Made by a program: the position numbers and the translations under genes. The notes beneath the pieces were generated by a model. It worked only from the letters and a program-made list of their open reading frames with translations. It was not told the DNA's origin and did no database searches. From contig CAWJTV010000030.1 of assembly GCA_963845755.1 (NCBI GenBank), positions 129,680 to 193,679 on the forward strand: a stretch of 64,000 nucleotides of DNA, in the 5' to 3' direction. Below, piece by piece: positions 21,167-34,103 of the stretch. Each line of letters begins with the position of its first letter. Positions within the stretch are counted from its first letter, which is position 1. The DNA is from an uncultured Planctomycetota bacterium (lineage in GTDB: Bacteria > Planctomycetota > Planctomycetia > Isosphaerales > Isosphaeraceae).

Positions 21167-22121
21167 ATGAACCTACTGACCACGTTCGCCGGATCGATGA
21201 TGGAAGGGTTCCTCCCGCGCGGCTGGGACCTCGCCAGGATCGACGCGTGTTGTTCTCAACCACCCGGAACGATCGCCGATCGTCAACCCTGGTGGCATCC
21301 CCGTTTCGAGCTGGTGCCGTGCAATTCCGTCGCCGACTTCGACGTGATGATGGGCCACGAGATCGCGACCGCGATCAAGCGGACCCGCGATCAAGGCCAG
21401 ATCGGCCGCCTTGATCCTGCCGGTCGGCCCGATGGGCATGTATCGCTGGGCGGTCTATTTCCTCAAGGAGTGGGATGTTCCCTGCGATCATGTCTACGGA
21501 TTCAACATGGACGAGTGGAGCGACCGACAGGGATTGACGCTCCCTCCTGACAACCCGGGTGCATTCCAGAACGCGATGCAGGCGGCCTTCTACGGGCCGC
21601 TCGGGGAACCGGACCGTGCCCAAATCCCAGCGCTGGTTCGCCACGGCCGACCGCCTGCCACAGTATGCCGACGCGCATCGGCGAGCTGAAGGACAAGGGG
21701 GCTGAGCTGATCGTGATCTTCGGGATCGGCCGGGTCTGTCACATCGCCTTCTGGGAGCCGCATTTCGCTGACGAGTTCGTCGAGCCTTGACGAATGGAAG
21801 GCTCAGACGCACCGCATCGGCGCACGGCTCCATCCGCTGACGATCGAGCAGAACGCGCTGACAAGTTTCATGAGCCGAACGACCCTGGTGCCGGCCTTCG
21901 CCAACACGATCGGCCCGGGCCTGTTCCTCCAGGCCGATCGGATCATCGGCGGTGCCGAGGGGGTTTTCGAGCGTGGCATGCAGTGGCAAGGCGCCAGCCT
22001 GTGGATGACGCTCCGCTACGGGCCGGATCCCTGGGTTCCCAGCTCCTTCATGCCGACGCTTCCCGGCCGGCTGTTCTACCACACCGCACTGGCGGGACCG
22101 CTCGAGCCGGCGATGAATTGA
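21167..22121 (+). CDS. Glucosamine-6-phosphate isomerase (NagB)-like protein, several apparent frameshifts
   Basis: [51 protein letters not shown] across successive frames. Confidence 0.75.
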
Positions 22122-22136
22122 GGAGCTGGAATTCAT

Positions 22137-24176
22137 TCAATCGAGATCGACTCGCATCACTTCGGCGTCCGGGTAGCGGCGGCAGAGAGGGTTGTGCAGG
22201 CACTCCCACGCCCGGTGCGGGCCTGGTAAGCCTGATATCGATCTCCGCGGGTCGAGCCAAGGAATCCGGCCGGCCTCGGCTCGTACTCGATTTCTAATCC
22301 CGGTCGAGCATCGGCGAAGCCGCTGGATGCCCGCCTCCGTGACTTTCGTGGCCGTAAGGTCGATCTTGCGAAGTTGCTGCATGTCCTTCACGTTGTCGAT
22401 ACACGCGTCCGTAACGCTTGTGTAGGCAAGGTAGAGCTCATGAAGGAACTTCATTCTCCGAATCTGTGCAATCCCCGCATTGCCTACGCGGGTAAATCCG
22501 AGATCTAGCTCCTCGAGCCCCTCGAGTCCCCTGAGATGAGCCAGTCCGGCGTCGGTGATAGGGGCTCCAAGGAGGACGAGGCGTTTCAGGTTGAGAAGAT
22601 TACTCGAGGTGGGCCAAGCCGGCATCGGTTATCGTTTGCTCCGAGCCAGCTTCGCGACCCAGACTCAACCACTCGAGATCGTACAGTCGCGCGACATGAG
22701 CCAGTCCTTCGTCATCGAGATTCTTGTCGCTGACAGAGTCAATCCACCTGAGAGAGTCAAGACTCATGAAGGAGGGAAGAGCGCCGACTTTCTTGAGGTA
22801 GGCGAGGTCTTCCTCGGTGGGTGGCGGCAAGGCACGATTGCTCCGGCGCAGCAGGTTCGTATAGTTGTCGAGGATGTCAGCCGAGCACCTTGTGATGACG
22901 TTCCCGTTCGGCCTGTTTGCCGAGAGCTTCCACACGATGCCAGAGCAAGTGTACACGACCGTCGTTGATGTGATCCTGATAACGACCTGCCATCAAGGAT
23001 CGTGCTGCTTTGACGTATGGATCATCGGGCCCAAGGCACAATACCTGGATCTCCAGGCCGCGCTTGAGAAATCGTTCGGCGCCATCGAAATGGGTGGCGT
23101 CGATCGCGATCATCGCCCGCATCGAGAGGAGCATGGAAACCTCTTCGCTCTCGACTCCATAGACTTTCTCCCAGACTTCCTGGGTCCTTGCCAGTCGGAG
23201 GTCGGACTCAACAAGGTCCTTTCGATCCATGGCTGAGCCGGCGAGCATGAAAAGGGCTTTCGCCTGCCGTTCGTTCGCCGGTGCTCGCCGCTTCACCTCC
23301 ATCGCCAGCAACCTTTCGAAGTACTTCTCGCACTCGGCCGGCCGTCCCCGAATCGTCTCGAGCTGACCAAGGTTTAACAGCGAATCGGCGATTGCCGGAT
23401 CGTCGGGCTTGAGAGCCTTCTCCCGGATCCCCAGTGCTCGCGTATAGAAGGCCTCCGCCTGCTTCCCATGTCTTTCATCCTCCCGCTCGTGTCTTGGCAC
23501 GTCCCGGATCTGGCCTCGATCTCCACCATGCCGTTGCGCTCGGACTGCGCAGCGTGGAGAGCACCCAAGTCATCGAGGAGATTGGCCACTTTGGGATCAT
23601 TCGGGCCGACAGTCCCTCTCGCGGTTTGCCAGGGCCCTCGTCAACTTCGTCTCTGCGGCGTCGAACTCCTTCCGTAACAGATGCCAGATCGCGAGAGTTG
23701 TGCAGGATCGTCGCGATCTCGGGGTCGTCTTTCGGCTTGGATTTCTCGAGGATTCTCAACGCCCGACGAGGAGCGGCCCGGCCGCGTCGAGTCTGCTTCG
23801 TATTCCGCATCATCTGACACATGGCGAGGCCCGGGAGGTCCGTGGCCACCTCGGGATGATCCGGCCCCAGCGCTTTCTCTCGGATCGCCAGCGCAGCGGC
23901 GTAACAAAGGCTCGGCCTCGGTATATCGCTTCCGCGATTTGCGCATGTAGAAAATGGCGAGCGTTTCGAGCGGCTCAGCGAGCCGCAAGTCATCCCGGCC
24001 GAGCTTCTCCGCCTCCTCGACGACCTCGGCCAGCAGCACTCGGCCTGGATCGAGTGACCTGTCTCCACAGCTTTCGCCGCGGCCTCGAACTTCTGCTTCC
24101 AGGCTGCTGGCAACTCGGCGATTGCTGGGCAGAAATCGCGATTGTCGCCAGACCAGACCGCGCACACGCTCAGCAT
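22137..24176 (-). CDS. TPR-repeat + LRR protein (heavily frameshifted; may be two genes)
   Basis: Kinesin-light-chain-like TPR units (ALAIREKALGPDHPEVA; RALGIREKALKPDDPAIADSL), then planctomycete-type LRRs (ITDAGLAHLRGLEGLEELDL). Confidence 0.6.
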
Positions 24177-24394
24177 GGTATCGCTCCATCGAGTGGTTGA
24201 CGTGGAGCCGTTAGAGTCGGACGCTTCTCCATTCTCGGCCGACCGGTGGCCCGTCCAGGACGATCCGTAGCATAATTCGACACTCAAGGCCGTCGCAAGA
24301 GTCGAGCCTTGGGATTGAGGTTGGAGCTGAGACACGGCTAAGCGGCCGGCCGTGGTTTCCCTTGCACCCTTTGGGGTTCGGAGGCGGTTCCGAG

Positions 24395-24460
24395 AGGCGA
24401 GCGGGGGGCGACAGCCCCCTGTCCAATCGACTGACGGGGGCTGACGCCCCCCGCTCGCCT
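24395..24460. repeat. REP-like inverted doublet
   Basis: AGGCGAGCGGGGGGCGACAGCCCCCTGTC ... GACGGGGGCTGACGCCCCCCGCTCGCCT. Confidence 0.75.
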
Positions 24461-24493
24461 GGAACCCAGTGCAGGATAACCCTGGCCAGGTGC

Positions 24494-25353
24494 TTACCTC
24501 TCCGGGAAAACGTCGTTGAGCACCATCGCCAGCCGCACGCCCGCCTGATAGAGCCGCTGTTTCACGACGGGTAGGCTGGCCTTCTGGTAGGCGTCTCCCA
24601 GCTTCTGACCGGATTTGATGCCGCTGGCCGGTCGCCGGGTCCTGATAGGCTTGCTTCGCCGCAAGCAGGCTCTCGGTCGCCCATTCCTCGACGATCCCAC
24701 GCTGCGCCTGCGAACGGGCTCGGTCCGTATCCATCGCGACGAGGTCGGCGAGCCAGCGGTCTTCGATCTGGCTCGGCCCGTTGGATGATGCCGGAATCCC
24801 AGACCCGATGCATGTTCGAGCCCTGGTCGAAGAACTGGACCTGGGTGTCGTTGCCGCCCCGGTCGTGGTTGTCGCCGACGTGCATCGGCATGTGGAGGTC
24901 TTCGATCAGGTGAATGAGAAACCGGAGAGCGATGCGGCGTTCCTGGACGGGTCGACTCGGGTCCTTGAGGACGGCCCGAAACTCTCGGATCTTCGGGACG
25001 ATGTAGCCCTTGGCCGGCTCGGGGCCGGCGAAGCGGTCGTCGTATCGGTCCTGGTCGAGCGGGACATCGACGTAGTGCCAGGGACCGCTCCCCTCGATGT
25101 CCCGTCGGTGCTCGTCGGCCCAGTTCGAAGCGTCGGCCAGCGACTCGCCCGGTTCGAGCAGTGCCGCGACGGCCGCTCTCGCCCGCGGATTCAGGTGCCG
25201 CTCCGCAATCCGAGCTGCGAGCCGGTGCCCACGCGGTCCCCAGGCCCAACACGGTGAAGCGGTCTGGAGTGCGACAAGAAAGGAGAGTGCGGTCACCAGG
25301 CCACGACGAGAGCCTCGTGGAGATTCGACGTACGGCATTCCGATAGCCTCCAC
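24494..25353 (-). CDS. S1/P1 nuclease, exported (frameshifts in 3' part)
   Basis: Signal peptide then WGPRGH, ASNWAD, WHYVD, FLIHLIEDLHMPMH, DRGGN, NMHRVWDSGI, QAGVRLAMVLN. Confidence 0.9.
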
Positions 25354-25487
25354 CGCTTCCTGTGGTCCCTAGCTCGCAATCAAGCACGCAGGTCGGATTA
25401 TCGCCAGTCGATCTCCAAGGCAATCCGGGGAGGATCGCCGGATTCGATTCGCCCTCAACGCCCTGATCGTGAGGATCGGTCTCGACG

Positions 25488-26780
25488 TTACATCACCGTG
25501 AAGTAGTTCATCGCGGCGAAGTCGAAGTACTCGGGCTTGAGCTCCAGCGGCAAGGCGTTGTAGATGCAGTAATTGCGGACCTGGAGCAGCAGGTCGCGAG
25601 GCTGGCAGCAGCGGAACGGCCGCCCGACCGCGCTGATAGTGGTGCTGGATGAGGTAGTCCACGGCCTCGGGATCGACCGTCTGGAATCCGAGCTTGGGTG
25701 CGAAGATGTCGATCATCTTGCGGAACATCGGTTCGGTCGGGTCGGCCGCGTTGATCTTGTACGGAATCCGGCGGAGGAACGCCTCATCCACCAGTTGCTT
25801 GGGCTCGAGGTTGGTCGAGAACAGGATCAGTTGGTCGAACGGGACGCGAATCTTCTTGCCATTGGCCAGGCTGAGGAAGTCGTAGCGCTTTTCCAGCGGG
25901 ACGATCCAGCGGTTGAGCAGCTCGATCGGCTGCATCCGCTGGCGGCCGAAGTCGTCGATCAGGAAGGTGCCGAGGTTGCTCTTGAGCTGGAGCGGGGCCT
26001 CGCTGACCTTCGTCGCGGGGTCGTAGTGGATCTCCAGGTCTTCCATGCGCAGCTCGCCGCCGGCAACGATCGTCGGCCGCTTGATGTGCACCCAGCGGCG
26101 GTCGACGTCGAACTCGTCCAGCAGTCCTCCCGAGTTCTCGACCTCGACCGGCTCGTGGTTGGCCATGTCGAAGAGCTTGATGATCTGGCCTTCCACGGAC
26201 AGGACCTTGGGGATCCAGACCGTCGAGCCGAAGCATCGGGTGATGCGCTCGGCGATGCTGGTCTTGCCGTTTCCCGGGATATCCGTAGAGGAACATCCCG
26301 CGTCCGGAGTTGATCGCCGGGCCGAGCATCGCGAAGATCGCGTCCGAGACCAGCAGGTCGGAGAACGCCCTGCGCAGGTCGGCTTCCTGGGGATGCTCGG
26401 TCGTGATCGTCTGCGCCGCGACCGACTCGAGGTAGTCGTCGAACGGGACCGGCGCGGTCCCGACGTAGCCGCATTCTTCGAAGTAGACTTTCGCGCAGAC
26501 CGGCCGGCATCGGTCAGCGAGTAGATGTAATCGTTGGCCGTCGCCGAGTTGGCGTAGGTCAGGATCTGCTGGTTCTTGAGCTGGCGGAGGAAATCGGGGA
26601 ACGGACCGAACGGCAGGCCCAGCTCGGCGGCGATCCGGCGCCCGATGCCATCCCCGAATTGACCAGGAACTTGAGGACCAGGCTCTCGATCATCGCGGGG
26701 CTAAGGCCGGTCTCCTCGAAGTCCGTCACGGCCCTGGGGACGAACGGCGTCTTCCCATTCGCCTCGGGTTTCGACGGCAT
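25488..26780 (-). CDS. AAA+ ATPase of unknown function (several apparent frameshifts)
   Basis: [17 protein letters not shown](N)[47 protein letters not shown]. Confidence 0.8.
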
Positions 26781-27000
26781 GGCTGCCCAAGACGGAAGGG
26801 GCTGAAATGCCCATCAACGCAATCTCCAATCCGAGTGGTTCTGGTCCTGTTGAGTGCTCGCTGAGCACCGGTCTGGCTGGGCAGAACGCTTCTGAGCGGG
26901 GTTCCATCGCGGAATTCGGTGCTCGCAGAGCACCCTACTCGTCCGGCGCAACTCTAGGTCACCCGGATCCGAGCGTCAAAGCGGTCGAGATGCGAGCCGA

Positions 27001-27487
27001 TCAGGCCAGGCGGTCGGCCAGCCGGTCGATGACCCCTCGGGCGGCGGGAGGCAGCTCGATCCGCGCCGAGCGCGAGGTCGGGCCGGTCGGCTCGAGGGTG
27101 ATCGTCCAGCAGTCCTCGGGCAGGAGGTTCCGGACCCGGTCGGCCCATTCGACCAGGGAAACACCGCTCTCCCAGTAGTCGGCGACGCCCAGGGCTTCGA
27201 AGGCCTCCGGAGTCGGCAGCCGATAGGTGTCGAAGTGATAGATCGGCAGGCGACCGTCGTACTCCTGGATCAGGACGAACGTGGGGCTGGAGATCGCATT
27301 CCGGATCGACGTCGAGCGCCTCCGCGATCGCCCGGACCAGCCGGGTCTTGCCGGCACCCAGCGGGCCGATCAGGCCGATCACGATCCCCGGCTCGACGAC
27401 GTCCGCGATGGCAGACCCCAGCCGCGCGGTCTCTTCCTCGGAGGTGAGCGCGACGATCAGACCGTCCGGGAATCGGGCCATTTCCAT
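27001..27487 (-). CDS. tsaE: tRNA threonylcarbamoyladenosine biosynthesis ATPase TsaE (frameshift near 27300)
   Basis: GPLGAGKT, SPTFVLIQEY, YHFDTYRL, VEWAD. Confidence 0.9.
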
Positions 27488-27497
27488 GAGAGGACCC

Positions 27498-28461
27498 TCA
27501 TCGATCCGTCCGAAAGTGGTCGAAACCTCGCGGTTCGATGGAGTGGATTCCCTGCGTCGGTTCGCAGCCGCAACCCCGGCGTCTCGGTGATCTCGCCCAC
27601 GCGGTAAAGCCGGGCGAGGCCGGCGGGGCGGCCAGGAGCCGGTCGGCGTCGTCGGGCGAGACGGTCAGGCAGAGCTCGAAGTCCTCGCCGTCGTTGAGCG
27701 CATGATCCAGTGCGGGGACGCCATCGCGGAGACTCATCCGGAGCGGCATCCGCATGGATCGGGATCGCCGCGGCGTCGAGGATCGCGCCGAGCCCGCCGC
27801 TCTCGTCGAGGATGTGACCCAGGTCGGAGGAGAGCCCGTCGGACAGGTCGATCATGGCGTGGATCGGTGCGGCCTCGTTCAAGGCCAGGGCCTCGGCGAT
27901 CCGCGGCTCGGGCCGCAGGTGCCGCCCCGATACGAGACTCCCTCCGAGCGGACCCGTCACGAGGATGACGTCGCCGGGCCTGGCACCCGAGCGACGGACC
28001 GCGCCGCGCGCGGTCGCCTGGCCGAGCACGGTCACCGCGATGACGAGCGGACCGTCCCAGGCATTGGTATCCCCACCGACCAGATCGACGCCGAACCGAT
28101 CGGCCAGCGCCGACAATCCCGCGTGCAGCCCCTGGGCCACCTCGACGGCGTTTCCCTGCGGCAGCGCGACGGCGACGACCGCCGCGCGCGGAATCCCGGC
28201 CATCGCCGCGATGTCCGAGAGGTTCACCCCCATCGCCTTGTAGCCGACCGCCTCGGGGCCATCCTGCTCGAGACGGAAATGGCGGCCGTCCATCAGCATG
28301 TCGGTCGTGACGAGGATCTCGGACGGCTCGCCGACGCCGAGGATCGCGCAATCGTCGCCGATGCCGAGCCGCGTCCAGGCGCCGGCGGGCCGCGATGCCT
28401 CGCGGCGGCGAATCCAGTCGATCAGGGCGAATTCACTGATTGCGTCATTGGATTCGGCCAT
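27498..28461 (-). CDS. thiL: Thiamine-monophosphate kinase (frameshifts in 3' part)
   Basis: SEFALI, GIGDDCA, TTDML..GRHF, NLSDIAAM, VGGDT, MIDLSDGL, GEDFEL, GFDHF. Confidence 0.92.
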
Positions 28462-28521
28462 TGCCTGTCGTCGCGTATCTCGATGGGAGTGCTTCGTGGA
28501 GACCCATGTATACCACGAAGT

Positions 28522-29663
28522 TCAGCGCCTTCCAGCGAGAAACGCCCTCACCGCCTGCGCTGTCACCGTTCGAGCAACTCCCCAGCTCGATGCCATCGCC
28601 TCGTCGAGGCTGATCGGTCCGGGGCAGATCGAGAAGTAGGCGTCGATGCCTTGTTCGAGGGCAGCCTCGGCGCCGGGGCCGATGGTGCCGGCAAGGGCCA
28701 GAGTCGGGCAGCCGAGCGAGCGCGCCAGGCGGGCGACGCCGACGGCCGTCTTGCCGAAGGCGCTCTGGGCGTCGAGCGCGCCCTCGCCGGTCAGGCAGAG
28801 GTCGGCACCCTCGAGACGCTTGGCCAGGTTTACCGCGTCGATGACGAGGTTCACTCCCTTTTCGAGCCGGCCGCCGGCGAAGGCGACCAGTCCGCCGCCG
28901 AGTCCGCCCGCGGCACCTGAGCCGGGGATGTCGGCGATGGAGACGCCAAGGTCGCGCGCCACGATGCTGGCGAAGTGAGCGAGGTTGGCGTCGAGCTGCT
29001 CGATCATCGCAGGAGTGGCACCCTTCTGGGGACCGTAGACGGCCGAGGCGCCGCTCGGGCCGCACAGCGGATTGGTCACGTCGCAGGCGACGGCGACCTC
29101 GATACCGTCGAGTTCGGAGTGACGCCCGGACGGGATCGATGCATGTCAGGCGGTCCAGGCTGCCGCCGCCGGGGTCCAGCTCGCGGCCGTTCGTCGTCGA
29201 GCAAGCGATAGCCGAGGGCCTGGCCCAGTCCGGCACCGCCGTCGTTGGTTGCGCTGCCGCCGATGCCCACGATCACGCGATCGCGCCCCGGCGGCGATCG
29301 CCGCCATCAGCAACTCGCCGGTACCTCGCGTGGTCGTGATCAAGGGATTGCGACGATGGGGCGGCACGAGCACCAATCCCGAAGCCGACGCCATCTCGAT
29401 CGCGGCCGTGCGGCCGTCGCCGAGCAGCCCGAACCGCGCGGTGATCGGCTCTCCGAGGGGACCCGTGACGCGGGCCTCGCGGTAAGTGCCGCCCGTGGCG
29501 GCGACGAGCGCCTCGACCGTGCCCTCGCCTCCATCCGCCATCGGCACGCAGTCGATCGACGGCACCGGGAGCCGCCCGACGTACGCCGCGCATCATGGCT
29601 TCCGCAGCCTCGGGATGCGCTCAGACTTCCCTTGAACTTGTCCGGAGCGATCACCACTCGCAT
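28522..29663 (-). CDS. glxK: Glycerate kinase (GlxK/GarK family), several apparent frameshifts
   Basis: VVIAPDKFKGSL, PMADGGEGT, IEMASASGL, GIGGSATNDGG, DVTNPLCGPSGA..YGPQKGA, GSGAAGG, TGEG..D.QSAFGK. Confidence 0.9.
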
Positions 29664-29771
29664 GGCTGGCTCTGGATGCTTGCTCATTCGTCATGCAAGC
29701 CTGAATTCATCACGTCCGCGTCTCGTTCGAGCCCGATGTCACTGATGACCGATTGACTCGAGGAGGATCGC

Positions 29772-29966
29772 TCAGGCGGCCCCGGACTTGTAGGAACGCG
29801 ACTGCGGCTCCGGCACCTCGAAGGCGATCTCCTCGCGCTGGATCGACACCTCATCCGGAGCGTGAATCCCGATCCGGACCGAGTTGCGATCGATCTTCAC
29901 GATCGTGATGCGGACATCCTCGCCGACATGAAAACTCTGGCCGAGCTTCCTGCTCAGAACTAACAT
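29772..29966 (-). CDS. csrA: Carbon storage regulator CsrA/RsmA
   Basis: MLVLSRKLGQSFHVGEDVRITIVKIDRNSVRIGIHAPDEVSIQREEI; GGAGGAGG SD. Confidence 0.9.
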   Translation of the reverse strand: MLVLSRKLGQSFHVGEDVRITIVKIDRNSVRIGIHAPDEVSIQREEIAFEVPEPQSRSYKSGAA

Positions 29967-30059
29967 GTATTCCCTCCTCCCTGAGTCATTTCCAGAGATC
30001 CTGAGTGTGAGGATCGCGATCGTCACGAACGATCGTCGCCTCACCGGCCGTGTGTTAAC

Positions 30060-30075
30060 GCAGCTTCCGTGCCAA
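30060..30075 (-). promoter_or_regulatory. Putative sigma54 (-24/-12) promoter for csrA
   Basis: Minus strand TTGGCACGGAAGCTGC vs consensus TGGCACG-N4-TTGC, about 95 bp upstream of csrA. Confidence 0.55.
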
Positions 30076-30316
30076 CGACCTCCCGCCCTCTTCCGTTCGC
30101 GTTCGAACCACGAGGTGCCCGTCCATCGAGGGGATCTGGGCCGACCCTCGGGTCATGAGAGCCTGCCGATTATGCCGCGCATTCTGTAAAATCGAATCCC
30201 AGTTTGAAAAAATTACCTGGAGCGACCTCCCACGAACATCATGAAGGGACGCCTGAGCGTTGATCGGGCATCCTGATATGGGAGGATAGGGAAACCCGGT
30301 CGAGTGGGAGACGGAC

Positions 30317-32991
30317 ATGCCGAACACTTCCTCGAATCGGGTGCTGGGAGGGATGTCCGCGAGGCTGGCGGCCGCGTTGATGGTGCCGGCTGGCCTTGCT
30401 GGCCTGGCTCTGGCCGATCGGGATCGGCGGGAAGATGCCGGTCGGCGGGGATGTCACCCAGTTCTTTCTCGGCCTGATGGGGTTCCTGAGCGAATCATTC
30501 GCGACGGGACGGGTTCCCGTCTGGAACGACCTGTGGGGTTACGGATTTCCGGGGCTGGCGGAGAGCCAGATGGGGGTCTTCTACTACTCCTCATGCCCTC
30601 CTGTACGGTCACCTCGAGACCGAGACCGCCTACGTGGTCAGCCTGGTGCTGCACACGCTCTGGGGAGGGCTGGGAGCATTCTGGGCGTCGCGGCGGATGG
30701 GGATCTCGCCGATGGGGTCGGCCCTGGCGGCCATTTCGTGGTCGTCGTGTGGTTTCTTCATGATTCACCTGGCTCATGCCTGGGGCTATACCACCGGGTG
30801 CTGGATGCCCTGGGCGGTCGGCGTTGACCTGGTCGATGCTGGCACCCGGGGCGCGCGATCACCCTCGCCGCCGCTGGTCTTGAGCCTGATTCTCGTCCTC
30901 CAGGTCCTGCCGGGCCACTTTCAGCTCGCGTTTCAAACGCAGGTCGTCTTGGGCTGATGGTCCTCTGGGCGATCGCCGAGCACTGGGGGGCGGATCTGGG
31001 TGCCAGACGGCGGGGTCAAGCGTCGAGAGCTGGTCCGGCGCTGCGGAAGGCCGGGGCCGTCGTCCTGGCGATGGTCGTCGTTTACCCCCTGGCGGCGATC
31101 CAGGTCTGGCCGACGGCGCGGCTTGCGGCATTGGCCGCGTCCGGCGCGATTTCGAGTATCTCTCCGGCTTTGCCGGTCACTCCGTTCCATCTGGTCAACG
31201 CGTGTCGCGCCGGGATTGTTCCATCGTTCGCCTACCTGGAGACCCTGGTCTGGGACCCGCTTCACGCCATGCCCGAGGAATGTCTGACCTATATTGGCCT
31301 GGTCCCGCTGTTCCTTGCCCTCATGACCGTCGTGGCGCGAGTTTCGCCGCGATCCGGCCGTCCGGCTCCTGACGATCCTCGCCCTGGTCACCCTGATTCT
31401 GAGTCTGGGTCCCTACGCACCTCGGATTCCGAGCGTTGATCACGTTGCCGGGGTTCTCCTTCTTCCGGGCCCCCGCGCTGGAGCCTGGCAACGGCTCTGG
31501 CGCTGGCGTTGCTGGCCGGGAAGGGCTTCGATCGCTGGCCGGACTGGCCGCGGTCTGGTCGCGGCGCTCCGGTGGTTCGTCGGGCTGGCCGTGGTATGGA
31601 TCGTCGTGGTGCTCGGCGTGATCGAGCTGGCCGTGCTCAGCACCGAGGGTCCAACACTCGGCGAGAAACCGAGTCCGTGCGGCGAGACCGCGCTGGCCGG
31701 CGGTCGCCGGTTGGTTCGACCGGTCTTTTCGGGCCATGCCGTGGAGTGGTGACCCCAGTTTCCCACGAAGGATCCCCGCTTCGCGGAGGTGATGTCCGGC
31801 ACGCGGCGGCCCGTCGATCCTCATGTCGCTGTCGATCCGGTGCTCGATCTTGGGGTCGGTGTTGCAGACGGTCGGTAGACGACAAGATCTTCGCGAAACA
31901 GCGCGGGTGGATCTACCTCGAGGAACTGTGGGAGACCGCCGTGTTGCTCGTCGTGCTCTGGGTCGTCGCCGGGATGGCCGGACGGGGTCGCACTCGGGCG
32001 GTTCACGTGGCGTTGGTCGCGATCACGTTTCCTCGATCTGTGGATCCTCGGGCGTCATCGGCTGATCGATGTCGCTCCCCTGCGGTCCCTCACGAGCCAG
32101 AGCCCGCTCCTGGCGCGGTTGGCCATGAGCCGCGTGGCACACGCATCGCCGATCCCCTCAGGAACATGCCGATGCGGGTTGGGCTGGCCCCGATCATCCT
32201 CCTACCGGACCTCGAACCTGCCGGCCGATGGGACGGATTGACCAGGTCGCGCTGGAGCCCATGAGCGGCCACTGAGTTCGAGGCCATGGCCAAGATCGGC
32301 GCTGAGGGCAACAGGGACAGGTCTGCGTGTGTTCGCTCCCGCTGGAGAACCGGATCAATCATTTCCTGGGACGAACCGAGCACGCGGCGGAGACGATCGA
32401 CAGACCCGGCCCTGGCCCGCTGGCTCTACGGCTCGACCTGGGTGGACGAGCAGGGCGATTGGGTTGAGACGTTCTCGATCTGGCGATCCTCGGAACCGCC
32501 GGTGCGGGCGTGGTTCTTTCCCTTGACCGAGAATCGCGGATGACGAAGATCCTGGGCGAATGGTCCGGCAAGAGTGGAACACCTCCTGAGCCTCTTCGAG
32601 GAGCCGAGCGGCTGCAACGCCGAGAATCCGCGGACCCGAGGAATGGACGAATCCCCGATCTGGACCGAAGAGGCCGGGCTGGGTGATCGTCTCGCAACTT
32701 CACGACCCCCAATGGAAGGCCCGCTGGATCGGCATGGAGGGTCAGGGCGACGTACGACGACGCCGATCCAACCGGCGTTCCGCCGAGTGGGGACGAACCT
32801 GGCGGATGGCAGCGTGTCGAAGTCCCGGGGGAAGGGTTCTGGATGGCTTCATCTGGAGTATGAACCTCGCGCGATGCCGCGGAAGGCGCGGCGATCTCGA
32901 CGATCGCCTGGACCGCATGGTGGATCGCAGCATTCTCCCTCGGGCTGCGAGCACGTGGCTGGACGAATTCGAACGAGGCGAGTTTCACTAG
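30317..32991 (+). CDS. YfhO-like multi-pass membrane protein (GT-C-like), heavily frameshifted
   Basis: GGDVTQFF, GRVPVWNDLWGYGFPGLAESQMGVFY, LPGHFQLAF, C-terminal VSQLHDPQWKA...LEYEP; many TM segments over multiple frames. Confidence 0.6.
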
Positions 32992-33004
32992 GGAACCTGA
33001 GCCG

Positions 33005-34028
33005 ATGTCGACAACGGGCGTGGCGATCGTGGGAGCGTCGGGATACGCGGCGCGAGAGTTGATCCGAATCCTCCTGAACCATCCGCATGTCAAGATCACT
33101 GCGGCAACGTCGCGGCAGGACGAGTCCCCCCGGCTGGAGTCCCTTCATCCCAGCCTGGCACGCCGGATCGACCTGAACTGCGAGGCATTCGATGCCGGCC
33201 GGATCGCCGAGCGGGCCTCCATCGCGTTCCTGGCCTTGCCGCATACCGCGAGCATGGCCGTGGTCCCGGACCTCCGGCGGCATGGCGTCCGGATCATCGA
33301 CCTCGAGCGCCGACTATCGCCTGAAAGACGCCCAGGTCTATGCCGACTGGTACGGCCATCCCCACACGGATCCCGAGGGCCTGAGCGAGGCGGTCTACGG
33401 GCTTCCGGAGCTTTACGATGGCGTTTTCCAGGCTAACCTGATCGCCAATCCCGGCTGCTACACCTCGGCGAGCATCCTGGCCCTGGCGCCCTTGATCGCC
33501 GAGGACTTGATCGAAAGGACCGGCATCATCATCGACGCCAAGAGCGGTGTCACCGGAGCGGGTCGGTCGCCAAAACTCAACTACCACTTCCCCGAGTGCA
33601 ACGAGAACCTCTCGGCCTACAGCGTCGGCCGGCATCGTCATACGCCGGAGATCGACCAAGTGCTGACCCACGTCAGCCGCGCTCGGGGAGAACCGGTCGA
33701 GGTGATCTTCACGCCACACCTGGTGCCGATGGATCGCGGGATCTTCGCCACGATCTATGCCCAGCCCAAGCGCCAGGCCGTCGAGCACGACCTGCTCGCA
33801 CTCTATCGATCGTTCTACGCGGGTGCTCCGTTCATCCGGGTCGTTGGCCACCTCCCCGCGACCAAGGACACCGCCTTTACAAACTTTTGCGATCTGACAG
33901 TTCGCGTTGTGAAAGGGCGGATCCTGGTCCTGGCTTGTCTTGATAACCTCATCAAAGGAGCGGCCGGGGTCGCAGTGCAGAACCTCAATTTGATGTTGGG
34001 CTGTGCTGAGGAGACGGCGTTGTATTGA
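33005..34028 (+). CDS. argC: N-acetyl-gamma-glutamyl-phosphate reductase (frameshift near 33303)
   Basis: [72 protein letters not shown]. Confidence 0.95.
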
Positions 34029-34103
34029 GAAGAGATTCAGAGGACGAGGTCATGAATCCAGTCGGAGTCTCAGAAACTCAGTGTACGACTCGTGCCGGCG
34101 AAT

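Noticed and set aside
27001..34028. tsaE, thiL, glxK and argC as true pseudogenes
   Set aside because: Motifs are intact and breaks are isolated indels, more consistent with consensus error; needs read check
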